From Dimorphilus gyrociliatus (lineage: Eukaryota; Animalia; Annelida), in contig CAJFCJ010000007.1 in NCBI GenBank assembly GCA_904063045.1, positions 3,913,404-3,977,403 of the forward strand: a DNA stretch of 64,000 nucleotides. Reading direction: 5' to 3'. This document shows, one piece after another, positions 46,108 through 59,055 of this stretch; position 1 is the stretch's first letter, and each line of letters opens with the position of its first letter. A model generated the notes under the pieces. It made no database searches. It had not been told where the DNA came from and was given only the letters and a program-made list of their open reading frames with translations. The position numbers and the translations under genes are program-made.

Positions 46108-46277
46108 CACACACATTTTTGTGTAGCAGACGACGTAAATAGTTTTTTCGAAACAGCGTTCGAAATTTTTTCGGAATCCTTTTAATAAATCAACAATATA
46201 AAGTTATAGATTGAGACTTGTAATTCAATAATTGGTATTAATATAAGTATTGTGAATATATAGAGCAACTAAAAGAT

Positions 46278-49200
46278 ATGAGATTCAAGACAAGTCTTCT
46301 AAAAGAGCCTAAGCATACCGAATTGGTCAGCTGCGTTGGATGGACGACACCGGAGGAGGTGTATTCAGCTTCAGATGACCATCAAATTTTGAAATGGAAT
46401 GTTTCCGGAGAATCATCAGTCTTAGCAAAGCTACCGGAAGATGTTTTTCCAACGGACATGCACTGGTTCCCTAAGACAGTAACAGGTGGTGGAAAGAAAC
46501 AAGGAGGATCTGATCTGTTCGTATTAGGTTCTTGTGATGGAAAGCTGCTCCTGGTCACAAAAGGAGGAAGAATTGAAAAGACGGTGGATGCGCATAGAGG
46601 AGCAGTGCTATCAACAAGGTGGAGTTATGATGGCACAGCCTTAGTATCAAGTATGAATAACTTTGCTATAAATAAATAAATATATATATATACTAATATA
46701 TTTAAATTTATATAAACACAGCCGGAGAAGATGGTCAAGTTAAAATATGGTCTCGTAGTGGAATGTTAAGATCTACCTTATCTCAAATAAGTAAGTAATC
46801 TTCCTATTCATTAAAACAAACACAAAATAAATATATTCACTAAAGCGTCTCCTATCTATGCTGCATGTTGGAATCCCGATAACGATCATATCCTGCATAC
46901 TAATGGTAAAAATCTTGTTATTAAACCCCTTCAGCCGAATGCTAAAGCTAATACTGTAAGTAAAATATTTCAAATAGAGAATGTTTGGGAATGTTAAACC
47001 TCTATCTGTCTCTCTTTTAGTGGAAAGGTCATGATGGATTGATTATTAGCATCGATTGGAATCAAGTAAACAATCTTATAGTTTCCGGTGGAGAAGATTG
47101 TAAATACAAGGTAAAGCTTCAAGCTATTGTTTGCTATTTTGTTACTAATAATATTTCTAAATATTTTTGAATTATCGATTAGGTTTGGGATAGCTATGGA
47201 AGGCAATTGTACTCCAGTCCTATACATGATTATCCAATCACCGCAATTTCTTGGTCTGTGGATGGGCAATTGTTTGCAGTAGGATCATTTAATACTCTAA
47301 GACTATGTGATAGAACAGGGGTAAATAATTCAAATATTCAATAAATTTGCTGATTTTTCACAATTCTTCCTTTTTTAGTGGTCTTATTCGTTGGAGAAAC
47401 CTAATACAGGCAGTGTGTTTAGTTTAGCCTGGTCAAGCGATAGTACCCAAGTTTCCGGAGCATGTGGAAATGGTCAGGTTATTTTTGCACATGTCATAGA
47501 GAACCGAATTGAATGGAAAAATTATGAAGTGACTGTTGTTGCTCGCAAAACGATAAATGTTAGAAACGTTACAAATGACGCTAAAGAAAAATTGGACTTT
47601 CGAGATAGGATTATTAAAGTATCAATAGGATATAAATATCTTGTAGTTGCTACAGCAACACAATGTTACATTTATGCGTAAGTTAAGAGATAAACTTTTA
47701 AATTTTCATCCTCTATTTTCATACTTTTATTTAAAAGGACAAAAAATTGGAATACCCCTATTATATTTGATTTGAAAGAAGGCAGCATTACTCTAATTGT
47801 GCAATCGGAAAAGTAAGTTGAAAAGAAATTTAGGAAGATAACTTAAACTAATCGATTTAAAAATACTTTACAGATATTTACTATTGGTTGATGGATCAAG
47901 CGTCTACATATACAGCTACGAAGGTAGATTAATTTGTACGCCTCGTTTCAATGGAATGCGAACGGATATCCTAAACTTTCATACTATATCTCTAAGTGAT
48001 GATACCTTAGCCATCAGAGATAAAACTGATGAGAAACGTTAATATTTTCAGGAAAATTTAATAATAATGTAGCTATAAATCATTTAATTAAAACAGTTAT
48101 TCATCTCTTCGATACATCGACTGGTAAAGCTTTGGGAGATGGGAAACCTATTTCTCATTCAGTCGAAGTTATTGAAATTTCCCTTGATCAGAGTGGCATT
48201 GCGAATGAACGTCGTTTAGCAGTTATCGACAAAAATAGAGATCTATGGCTTGTTCAAGTTAGAGTATTCGGTTCCGCAAGAAAAATTGTCAAGCTATGCA
48301 CTATGATTCAAACTGTTAGATGGAGCGATGAAAGCTCTATGTTGGCTGCAATGGGAGAAGGCAAGGTTAATATTTGGTATTACCCAAATGCAGTGTACGT
48401 TGATAGAGATATGCTACACAAGATAGTTGTCTCGAAAGATGCCAGGTAAAAATAACACCTTATTAGGACATTCATTATTGTTCATTACTATTAAAAATAT
48501 GATTATACATTTCTTATTCTCATCATCAAATTTTAGTCAGTTCGGTAAGAGCCCACAACTTGTTAGTTTCTATGGAAATACCTTAACACTACGACGAAAT
48601 GATGGATCGCTTGTTACGACGTCAGTCTCTCCATATCCAGCTGTGCTGCATTCACATGTTAATCAATCGAAGTGGGATGATGCTACTCGTCTCTGCAGAT
48701 TTGTCGATGTAGGCAAATAAAATATGATTTATTTTAATTATTTGTATATAATAAAAAAAAACAGGAAGAAAGTCTGTGGGCATGTTTAGCTGCTATGTCA
48801 GCCTATGCTAAAGATTTAACAACAGCCGAAATAGCCTACGCAGCTTTGGACGAGGCGGATAAAGTGCAATTTATTCAACAAATTAAAGAAATTCCAGTTA
48901 AGGAAGCAAGAAATGCCGAAATGGCCTTATTATGCGGCAGTCCTCAAGATGCTGAGTCTATTCTACTTCAGGCGGCTCTAATTTTTCGAGCAATTATGCT
49001 TAATATTCATTTATATAATTGGGAAAGAGCACTGGAATTGGCGGTCAAGCATAAAACTCATGTTGATACAGTGATTGGCTATCGTAAGAAATATCTAGAG
49101 GATTTCGACAGAAAAGAGAGCAATCAACGTTTCATACAATTTTCAGAAGGCGTATGTAAACATCAATAGAAAATATACTACAGCTCTTAAAAATTGATTT

Positions 49201-49360
49201 AATTCTAAAACACAAACTTTCTCTCTTTGCACAGGTAAAAATCGAATGGGAAAAGATTGATGCCAAAATCGAAGCAGAATATCAACAAGAACGAGAAAGA
49301 CCTGCTGTATCACAGACCCCAGCTAGAACAACTTCCGGAAGTAGAACAAAAGCCAAGTAG
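46278..49360 (+). CDS. IFT80: Intraflagellar transport protein 80 (WD40 plus TPR-like tail), multi-exon
   Basis: [67 protein letters not shown]; ends [14 protein letters not shown]...AK* (TAG 49358-49360). Confidence 0.97.
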
Positions 49361-49673
49361 TGGTTGCAATTTATTTCCTTATCTCTTTTTTTTTTCACTC
49401 CTGATAAACAATTATTAACAATTTTACGTTTCTTGTAAATTCCGTATGGCACTTAAAGCTATTTAAAAATCATAAAAATATACAAAATAATCATTTCTTT
49501 GAATATGATAATTTATTAGTTATTGAATTAAATATTAAATAAACAAATAGGATTATTGTTTTAGGCCCATTTAATAATTTTTGCTTGTTTATCGGAACGA
49601 TTGACGAAAAAGGACAATTACAACAATTAAACAATACATTTAGAATACTAATAGCAGATTTTTTTTGTTTTAT

Positions 49674-52666
49674 TTAAACTCTTTGAATTTCAAATAGTTT
49701 AACATCTGTGTCATACCAGATTGGAGGATCGACATTTCTGTAATAAAAATAATATATATTTATAGATTTTAAATTCAACATAAAAGATAAATTTATGTTG
49801 AAAAACTGATAACTATACCTTAAATAGATGACTCCCCACATGTATGTTCTGAACCACATTGTGGTACCGCTATTGGCTTGGTACTTTCTAATTAGAATTG
49901 GATGTGGCACTGGTAAGAGTCCAACTAGAGTGCCATGTTGAAGAAATCGTAGAATTTCACTTTCATCAGTCAAGCCCTTATCAATGCAGATTTTCTCAAC
50001 TTGTGGTACTAAGACTTGCAACAGACGCATAATTGTCTGTAAGGGTAGCTTTTGTTTCCAACTCTGTACCCATTCTGGAGATGGTAGCCAACTCTGAACT
50101 GTTTCAACATTATCTGGAAAATTTGGAGTAGGCATTGGGATCGGAGAGTTACTAGTCGGCATTGTTGGCATGGTCGGTATAGGGCTTTCTCTGTTAGGCT
50201 CAATATCGCTGGAAGTATCTTCTTCTTCTTGTTCGGGATCTCTTTCTGCATTCTGTTCCTCTTCTTCTTTATGGGCGTCTGAGGCTGGAGCTTTTTCAGT
50301 CATATTTTCAATTCCTAAGCAAATAGAAAAAGATTAGCTACAACACATTTGTTATTCACAAATTTATCGCAATAAACCTGGAGTAGCAGCCAAAGTAGCC
50401 TTTAAAGTCCCCGGTTGAGCGTCCGTTGCTGGTCTTGAACCTTCCATAGATTTTTGAATATCATTCGAGACATTTCCTGGAATATTTCTCTTATTTCTTT
50501 TGGCCAAAGCCTTGGATATATTCAAATGATCCGATGGTAAGTTAGCCAATTGATGAAAAACATTGCGTTTTCTAATTATTGTGTAGACTAGATTAGAATT
50601 TCCATCAAATTGATATTGAATAACATTGTTGAATATCTCTAATAGGAAAAATACCAAATGATGATTTGTAGGAGAAGCGTAGAGGAACCAAGGGGTTGAA
50701 AAGGCTTCCAATAAATGTAAGAGTTTATTAGCTGCCACCATAGATAAAGTTTTCAAATATGGTGAAACATTCACTATGATTGTCAACAGACAGTCGAAAA
50801 GTGGTTGAAGACGTTGGTGTCCCGTAGTAATAATTTTATGGAAGACTATTATTAAGAAATCCGCATGAGTACCAGTAAAAACTGGTATATCCATTGGAAC
50901 ACGAATTGAGTATGGTTTATTCAATCGAACTCCAAAGTTTCTTTCTCCACTTAATAGCAGTAGAATGAAAACAGCAATATGCATTAGTCCAACCTTAGAT
51001 TGATCAGCTCTGGATTCGTTTAAATGATAAAGTATTGGTACGAGAATATCCAAGACATCAGATGATTTTAAAACATAAAACATAAATTTCTACAAGTAAA
51101 ACAAACAATGATTAAGTAATAAATCAATAGCATATTACAGAAGTATTAATTTACCTTATTTATATCGCAAGTTCTCCAGAATAAGACGAATAGTTCTTGA
51201 TGAAATTGTACTTTTTTACAACTTCCGGGCAAGTATGTCTGTATCAGGGGATTGTTTAAGAGTTTAGTTATTCCTTTAAGGATAAAAGCGAAATCTTCTT
51301 CTCGATGAACTCTCGACAAATAATTGATAAATAAATTATCAGGTCCATTTGTTTCAGAGTTTTGTCCTTCTTGTGAACAGGAGGATACGGTATTATCCAA
51401 GGTAACACATAGTAATTGTAAGGCAGTTTCTACTAGGGGTTCACGCGAATCGTTAAACATTAAGTGATTATAGGGAACGCCGTATCCCACTGGATCATAA
51501 CCACAAATTACGTTTAAAATCGATGTAAACAATGGTAAGGCGTGTCGATTTTCCGTAGAAGTCAAATACGAAATCCATTGATTGTATTGCGCTTGATTAT
51601 CAGAAGCAGCTGGAACGTACATCGTTTCTGAAAATGTTGTTAAAATAAGCTTTAAAATTTCCGTCCGATTTTGATCGTGTGTCGAATTTTGAGGGGGCGA
51701 GTGAGCAAAACCAACTCCCGCCTCCCAAATGTATTCACAAGAATCGATTGTTCGCACATCTTCTGGTGAATCTGGTTGACCTCTTTTCGATGAAGATGAA
51801 ACAGTAAAATCAGGACAGAAGAGCAAATCACACAGGGCATTTAAGAGTGACTGGGCTAACGGTAGTGATTCGTTCTCTTCGTCGCTTTGCTCTTGGCCTA
51901 TTCAATAAGAAAATGTTAAGATTGTAATTTCATTCGATAGAACTGACTCTTGTCATATTACCTGGTAAGGTATTCCAAAAAAATCCCCTCCAATCTGGAT
52001 CCTCGAATATGTATGGAAGGATTCGCGTCAGAAGCCTTACACAATTCATAACAGTTTGTTGTTCTTTATTAGTTCTGCAGCCATTTTCCGAAGCTGAGAC
52101 TAATTTCTCGACAGCTTTATAGCATAGTGTCGCTAAATTCGAAGGACTTTCTTCCCTTAACGCCCTTATTTCTGCTGCGGGAATAAGCGCAAAGACATCT
52201 TGAACGCATTGGATTCCAGCATCAGTCCAAAATTGCTCCCAAAAACCCTGATCGTTTGCCTCAACTGGCTAAAGTTTAGAAATACAAAGTTAATTAAAAA
52301 ATGCTAACCAAATCATCCGCTTTCAAAACTAGAAACTGCCATTGTAATTATGCGGGCGAATGAATGATAAAATGTTGAAATTTAGAAAAAATAGCAATAT
52401 TTAGCCTGAGAAATATTTATTACGGTTTGTTAATATCAAAATCATTGCTGATTGACAGATAGAGCTTAATGCTAGATTATAGAAGCCTATATTAACACAT
52501 GGACGATCAGTGATCATAGTAAAATTTCTCTTTACATAGTAGTTTATCACACTGATTTCTTTCTAATATATGTATAATATTGTCAAATTAACAAATTTAC
52601 CTGTGTTTTAGTTGTCAGTTCAACAACAGCTTTACGAAAATTTAATTTTGAGTCAGTGTTACCCAT
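49674..52666 (-). CDS. HID1: HID1 domain protein (Golgi/dense-core vesicle), multi-exon
   Basis: MGNTDSKLNFRKAVVELTTK (myristoylation-type start), YIWEAGVGF, ILKLILTTFSE, LLLLSGERNFGVRLNKP, WKQKLPLQTIMRLLQVLVPQV, DTDVKLFEIQRV*. Confidence 0.97.
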
Positions 52667-53752
52667 TTTGTACAAACGTAGCAGATGGGAACTATCAGTT
52701 TTGTTTATAGCAATTCCGCACCAAAAATATATTTAATTTTGGCGGGGATTTCAATTTAGATATTTTATTTGTAACAAATGTGCTTATTTTCCTATTAATA
52801 GTGGAATGGCATCGGTAATTTTCTTTGATTAATTGTTATATGTATATATATATATATATATACATACATCACAAAAAAAATCAATCAATGGAGATTCTTG
52901 ATAATCAATCAGATTAAAAAATATTGCTTTTCATTGTGTCAAGTGATTTTGCTAAGGAGACAAGACGTCCTTCTGAACGGGGTGCTAGAGATTCGATAAG
53001 TGAACGTATGATTTCAGATAAGGTACTTACTCACAGATAATTTAAAAATACTATAATTATGAGCACTTATGATATTTTGAGCCTAAATGCTCTCAATTCA
53101 TCTCACCAAAACTATTTATAAGGAAAACAGATAGAGACGACCTTGACAACAACTTTTTATCGCTTTATTCATTTAAGACTTTTAAAGATACGCTTCTAAG
53201 TGGTAACTTAATACATAGTCTTTTTAAGTAACTCTCCTAATTTGATGAAATCTACAAATTGAATTATAAAGCAACCATCAAATATTCTTAATGTTTATTT
53301 AAATCGCAGCCATTATTTCCATCAATAATATTCATAAAAGTCTTTGTAAAATAAAATGCTTCATGAATATTTTTATTAATTTCGGCCTATTGTAAAGAGA
53401 AAGACCAGCTACAAAACGTCATCTGCTAAATTCTTAGGATTAGGAATTTAAGTAGCATCAATTTATTGATTATTTTTTTTTAAAAAATGTCCTTAAATCC
53501 TTGAAATGTTGTATTTAAGCGAATTAATATTTCTATTATTAACAAAAATAGTGTTTAATAAAAAAATATAATGGTCTCATATAACTTACAAAAACTATTT
53601 TTTCCAGGAACTATATTTCCTCGGCGTAGTAATATTTTACTATAAATTCTCCTGTGCTATCTGGTAATCATTCGTTGTCGTTCAAGAACAGCGATTTTTG
53701 AAAGTTTAAAACTTCATATAAGACTAAATACAGAAGCATCGAAAGAGAAAGT

Positions 53753-56239
53753 ATGGCTTTGTCCAGAATTCAAAAAATTCAGTCTTCTATTAGTCGGTAA
53801 GTGGATATCTTTCTCTAGAAATATCCTCAAGAAACGTCTTTTGTTTCTACTTGTAGCTGATACCCATTTGTTAGATAATAACTAAATGATTTATCTTTAT
53901 TTGCCGTCAAAGTCTTTAATTAAGGTCGAAGAATTAATCTATTTATGAAAGACTTGTGAAACCTACACCGGTAGTATGGTATGAGAATGTAGAATGTGCG
54001 GTGTATTTTGTTTGCTATTGCGTAGAAAACCTTTTTTCCAACTATCAGTAATAGAAACTGGAATTGACGAAAGATATTTAACGAAAACCTTGAAAAATTT
54101 TAAGAATAATTTCGTACTAAATCCAAAAATTGAATGTACAAAGTTATTCTTCTTATTCGAAGTAGAGTTCTATTCGATTACTAGATATGTGGCAATGGCA
54201 CCTCTAAACCAGTTAATGTGGTAAAATCTTGAGATTTAAAAATTGCTAAAATCACTGTTGAACTATGGAATTTGATTAGAAAGATTCTTCTCTTTTGTCT
54301 AGAGAATAATATCTGACAGAGTTTAACATTTTCTTGTTTATTATACTAAACTGAGCTTTAAAATTTCAAGTTTTCGTAATAATTTAATTTTTACAACTTA
54401 AAAGATAAATATTTCCGATACATTGATTTAGAGTTTTGCATATATTTTCAGACAAGTCCGTTGTATGTCCTTCAAGGCGGTTAATGAACCAATTTTATCC
54501 TTTGACAAGTCAACCCCTGAACGGGCTAAATTAGAAGCAAAATTAAATGAATATAAAAATACGGTTTTTGATGTTCCTATTGTTATCGGTGATAAGGAGA
54601 TAAGAAACCGTAAAGTTGAAGAGCAAGTGAAACCTTTTGATCATAAATCCCCTGTTGCCAAGTTTTATTATGCGACTAAAGAACAAATTAAAGAGGCTAT
54701 TAACGTGTCCTTGGAAGCTCATAGAAGTTGGGAGAGAAAACCTTTGGAAGAGAGGGCTGCAATACTTTTAAGAGCAGGCGATCTTGTTGCTGGAAAATAC
54801 AGATACGATCTATTAGCTGCTACTATGCTAGGACAGGCTAAAACTATTGTTCAGGCTGAAATTGATGCCGCTTGCGAATTGGCTGATTTTTATAGATTTG
54901 ATGCCCAGTGGGCCTTGGATTTGAAAAATTGGCAACCTATTGGCTTAGATCAGAGTAGAAATCAAATAGATTATAGAGCGTGTGAAGGTATCTTAAAACT
55001 AATCTATACATATTATTTATATATAAATTTATACTGCATATATACTTGACATTACGACTCTTTCAGGTTTCTGGGCTGCTATTGCGCCTTTTAACTTCAC
55101 TGCGATTGGAGGGCATTTATCGGGTGCTCCTGCTCTAATGGGAAATACAGTTTTATGGAAACCTAGTGATACAGCAGTTCTTTCGTCTTACATTTGCTTC
55201 CAGATCCTTCGAGAAGCAGGAGTGCCTGCTGGTGTTATTAATTTTCTACCTGCAGACGGACCCGTGTTTGGGTCAACTATAACAGACCACCCTCTGTTAG
55301 CAGGTATTAATTTCACAGGAAGCGCTGCTACATTTAGTCATTTATGGAAGGAAGTTGGTAGTAAATTAGACGTATATCGAAGCTTTCCTCGATTAATTGG
55401 GGAATGTGGAGGCAAGAATTTCCACATGGTTCATCCAACAGCTGACGTACAAGACGTTATCTATGGAACAATAAGATCGGCTTTTGAATATGGTGGACAG
55501 AAATGCTCTGCATGCTCTCGTCTTTACGCTCCTAAATCCCGATGGGATGCAATAAAAAATGGTCTTACAGAAGAAGTAAAAAATATCAAACTCGGAACAC
55601 CTCTTTCAGCCGAAAACTTCCTATCTGCTGTTATCGACAAAAAGGCTTTTGATAGAATCAAAGGCTATGTTGATCATGCAAAAAGTTCAAGCGATTGTAC
55701 AATAATACATGGAGGAGACTGCAATGATAGTGAGGGATATTACATAGAACCTACAATTGTTGTGACAACCAATCCAAAAGATAAATTATTACAAGAAGAA
55801 ATTTTCGGTCCAGTTCTAACAGTATACGTTTATGATGATGCTGATTTTAATAGCACGTTAGATCTTATTAATAATACTAGTCCTTTTGGTTTAACTGGCG
55901 CTGTCTACTCCGGAGATGAACAAGTTATAGATCACTGCAAAGACGTTTTGCGCTATGCCGCAGGAAACTTTTACATCAATGATAAATCAACTGGTTCAGT
56001 TGTTTCGCAACAGCCATTCGGAGGAGCTAGAAAATCAGGTTTGTAAGATATTAATAAAAAGTGTAATTTTATAAAAGCAAACTTTTAAAATTAATTTTTC
56101 TCCTCATTTTCTTACAATCTCAGGAACAAACGATAAAGCAGGTAGTCCTCATTACTTATTGAAATTTGTTTCTCCCCTTTCCATTAAGAGAACAACTCTA
56201 CCGCTAAATAGATGGGATTACCCTTATATGAAGAATTAG
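53753..56239 (+). CDS. ALDH4A1: Delta-1-pyrroline-5-carboxylate dehydrogenase, mitochondrial; exons about 53753-53796, 54452-54988, 55068-56038, 56123-56239
   Basis: Presequence MALSRIQKIQSSISR|QVRC, GQAKTIVQAEIDAACELADF, GECGGKNF, EYGGQKCSACSR, EEIFGP, QPFGGARKSGTNDKAGSPHYLLKF. Confidence 0.97.
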
Positions 56240-56688
56240 TCGTGGCCATTTACAGAATAAAATTGTTCATTAATTCTTGACGAAATTTTTTTTTAATAAG
56301 AAAAAACTTTGAGGTGCTTGTTAATGATTTCTCATATTTGATAGAAGAAATGCTATTGTTTTAAATAATATTTTTTCCACATAAAACAATATTCATAAAG
56401 AAACTCTTCAGGAGTTTAGACAATTATTAGAATTCGGTTATAGTCCTTCAGGCAATTGAATCAATGAAAAACGTTGTAAAAGAATCATCATTTATATATA
56501 TATATATATATTGTATATATACTAAAAATGATATATATATACATATTATCATAATAATATATGTACAAAATGAACAGTTTCAAAGTGGAATACATTGTCA
56601 GGAAATAACAAGAAACTTTCCATTCAAATCAATAATAACACAGGTTTTATTAAAATTAATACAAAGCTATAAAAAGTTTCTATAAAAA

Positions 56689-57177
56689 TCAAAATAGAAT
56701 AAAAAAGCCGGCGGTTAAAATCATTATAGCTAAGACGAGTGTATTAGTCTTAATTAATCCAGCACCATTACAACCGTCCCTATCTTCACAGAAGCAGGTT
56801 TCTTTCCATACTCCGTTATCCTCAAAAGTCCATCTGCATCCCCAAGCAACACCGGTATCAGATCTCGACCCGCACCTCCTTGTTACTTTTTTCCAACCAC
56901 GCCATCCTGGACTTTCTTGAGTTATCTTCATACAAAATGTACCTGGAACTGTGGCTTCAAAGCTATTACAATCTACCAAAGCATTAATATCCTCATCAAA
57001 GCCCTTATTGGAAGGACAACTATTATCCTCGTTGCTATCACATTGGTAGCATTGGATTGAATTTACTGAAATGAAAATTTGAATTATTAGAATTGTTTGG
57101 AATGAATCTTTTCATTCCTTACCTATTTGAACAGTCGTTAAATATATTACAACGGTTAATAGTAGTGTATTGTTCAT
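56689..57177 (-). CDS. Ly6/three-finger (quiver-family) GPI-anchored protein A; exons 57177-57123, 57066-56689
   Basis: Signal peptide MNNTLLLTVVIYLTTVQIV, then SIQCYQCDS...CPS...DCNS...FCMK...RRC...GCRW...CFCEDRDGCN and a hydrophobic GPI-signal tail. Confidence 0.88.
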
Positions 57178-57623
57178 TTCTAATAGTTTTCAATCTTCTC
57201 TTGTTTTTACCTGACTTTACTAGTCTGGTTACATGGGAAAGTTTAATAATAGGGGTGAATAGTTTATTTTTTAAGTTTATCTGTTATTAATTGATTTAAA
57301 AATTTTATTTTCTTTTGATAAAATAGTAATTAATTAATTAAAAATTAAATATTATATCTTGCGAATAAGTTAACTGATATTTAAGATTTAAGCACAGTCT
57401 CAATTATGTCGACACCCCTCGATTCGATGACTTCACCTGTCGGAACTCTCGGGATTTCCCCACAGGTAAGATCTTGGTGCATATTCAGGTTGCACCGGTT
57501 CAAAACCTTGTCCTATCAGATAAATTAACCCAAACAGGGTCCTACGCTTGAGAGAATCTTATGAGCGATAATTCGGCTCAGGTGAAACAATTTTTGCAGG
57601 AGAATTAAATGTTTTAAATAAAT

Positions 57624-58018
57624 ATGAAGAGGATACTTTGTTGTGTTTTATTCGCCATAACATTTATTGTTATTTTAGAAATAGGTTTGTATTAGAAAAT
57701 ATCCACGATTATAAGTATAAACCTTACGTTCTGCTTTTTTACAGTATACGCTAAAAGGGCTGACAATAATCCTATCAAATGTTACCAGTGTAATTCATTT
57801 TACGACAAAGGATGTTCAGACTTTTTTGACAATATGACCTATCCTCTAAGGGCTTGTCCTATGAATGCAACGATGTGTAGGAAAATTATCCAAGAAAGTG
57901 AGTCAATATCGAATCAAATAAAACTATCTTCTGTATTTACTTATTTAAAATATTGGTTATTCATACGTTTATTTCATTAGTATTAACATATCCTCTTACA
58001 TGTAGATAGAGTACACAA

Positions 58019-58052
<34 letters not shown>

Positions 58053-58303
58053 CTTTATTTGTAGCTTATTTCGAGGGTCGCTGGGACATTAGGTACATCC
58101 GGCAATGCGCCCTACTAGGTGAAGTTGGCACCGACGAGGGTAGATGGTGTAAGGAAAGAGTTGGAACGTTTAGAGTCAAGGTTAAGTATTGTCATTGCGA
58201 TAATAAAGATGGATGTAATGAAGCTTCCAGGATGAATTATAATATTTCAATGCTAGGAATATCCTTGTTATTAATTATGATATTGACTAGATTGTTACGT
58301 TAA
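57624..58303 (+). CDS. Ly6/three-finger protein B, crooked-like; exons about 57624-57684, 57746-57897, 58065-58303
   Basis: Missed by the ORF track. MKRILCCVLFAITFIVILEI|VYAK...IKCYQCNS...GCSDFFDN...MCRKIIQE|TYFEGRWDIRYIRQCALLGEVG...WCKERVGTFRVKVKYCHCDNKDGCN plus hydrophobic tail. It resembles Drosophila crooked (MCRKIRQ...CTCNSKDGCN) as recalled. Confidence 0.88.
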
Positions 58304-59055
58304 CAGGTATATTGTTTTATATAAACACTTTTTAAACTTTTATATTTTAAAATTACGTTTATATGCTGGTTTTTATGTTTGCAATAGAGCAAAGTTTAGA
58401 CTGAAAATAAAGAGAAATGATTTTAAAACATGTTTTTAAAAAAAAACAGCCGACATTATTAATTTATTATATTATGCATTATCTATTTTCTCTGTCATCT
58501 TATTGCCTTATCCTTAGAGAATAACTTGAATATATCAAGCAACTTGATAATTATTATTATGTTACGTAGATCGTGAAAAGGAAGTAAAAGTTGTGAAAAC
58601 CTTTTTTCCTGAATTATTTAGATAAAATGTTTACTTTTTTTCCTGTAAAGAAACATTAAGAAAAAAAGTAACGAAAGTGATTGTGAAATGCTCTATGATC
58701 AAAAAAATTACTTGTTTATTTTTCTAATTCAATGTTTACATGCATTTTTTTTAATTCATTTTTTTACATGTATATTTCTAATTTTTATCATTGTTGATAA
58801 ACTTAGTTGATAATGTTTTAAACGATTTCTATCCTTGTAAGAACTGTTCGATGTTAGCATGCTTATGAATTATTGACAGATATTGCTTTAAATTGATTAT
58901 TTGACAACTTTTAATGCTTGCAGAAAATTTTTCTCTTTAAGAAAAATATATTATGATTGTTTAAGTTAATTTTTTTAGTTGAAGAACAAAATTAATATTG
59001 TTATATTCATAGAATATTTAATCTGATATTTTTTTTAATTGTGCATGTTTTTGCA

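Noticed and set aside
57491-57510. GGTTCAAAACC B-box/T-loop-like motif
   Set aside because: The T-stem does not pair beyond 2 bp and there is no cloverleaf or A-box, so it is not a tRNA.
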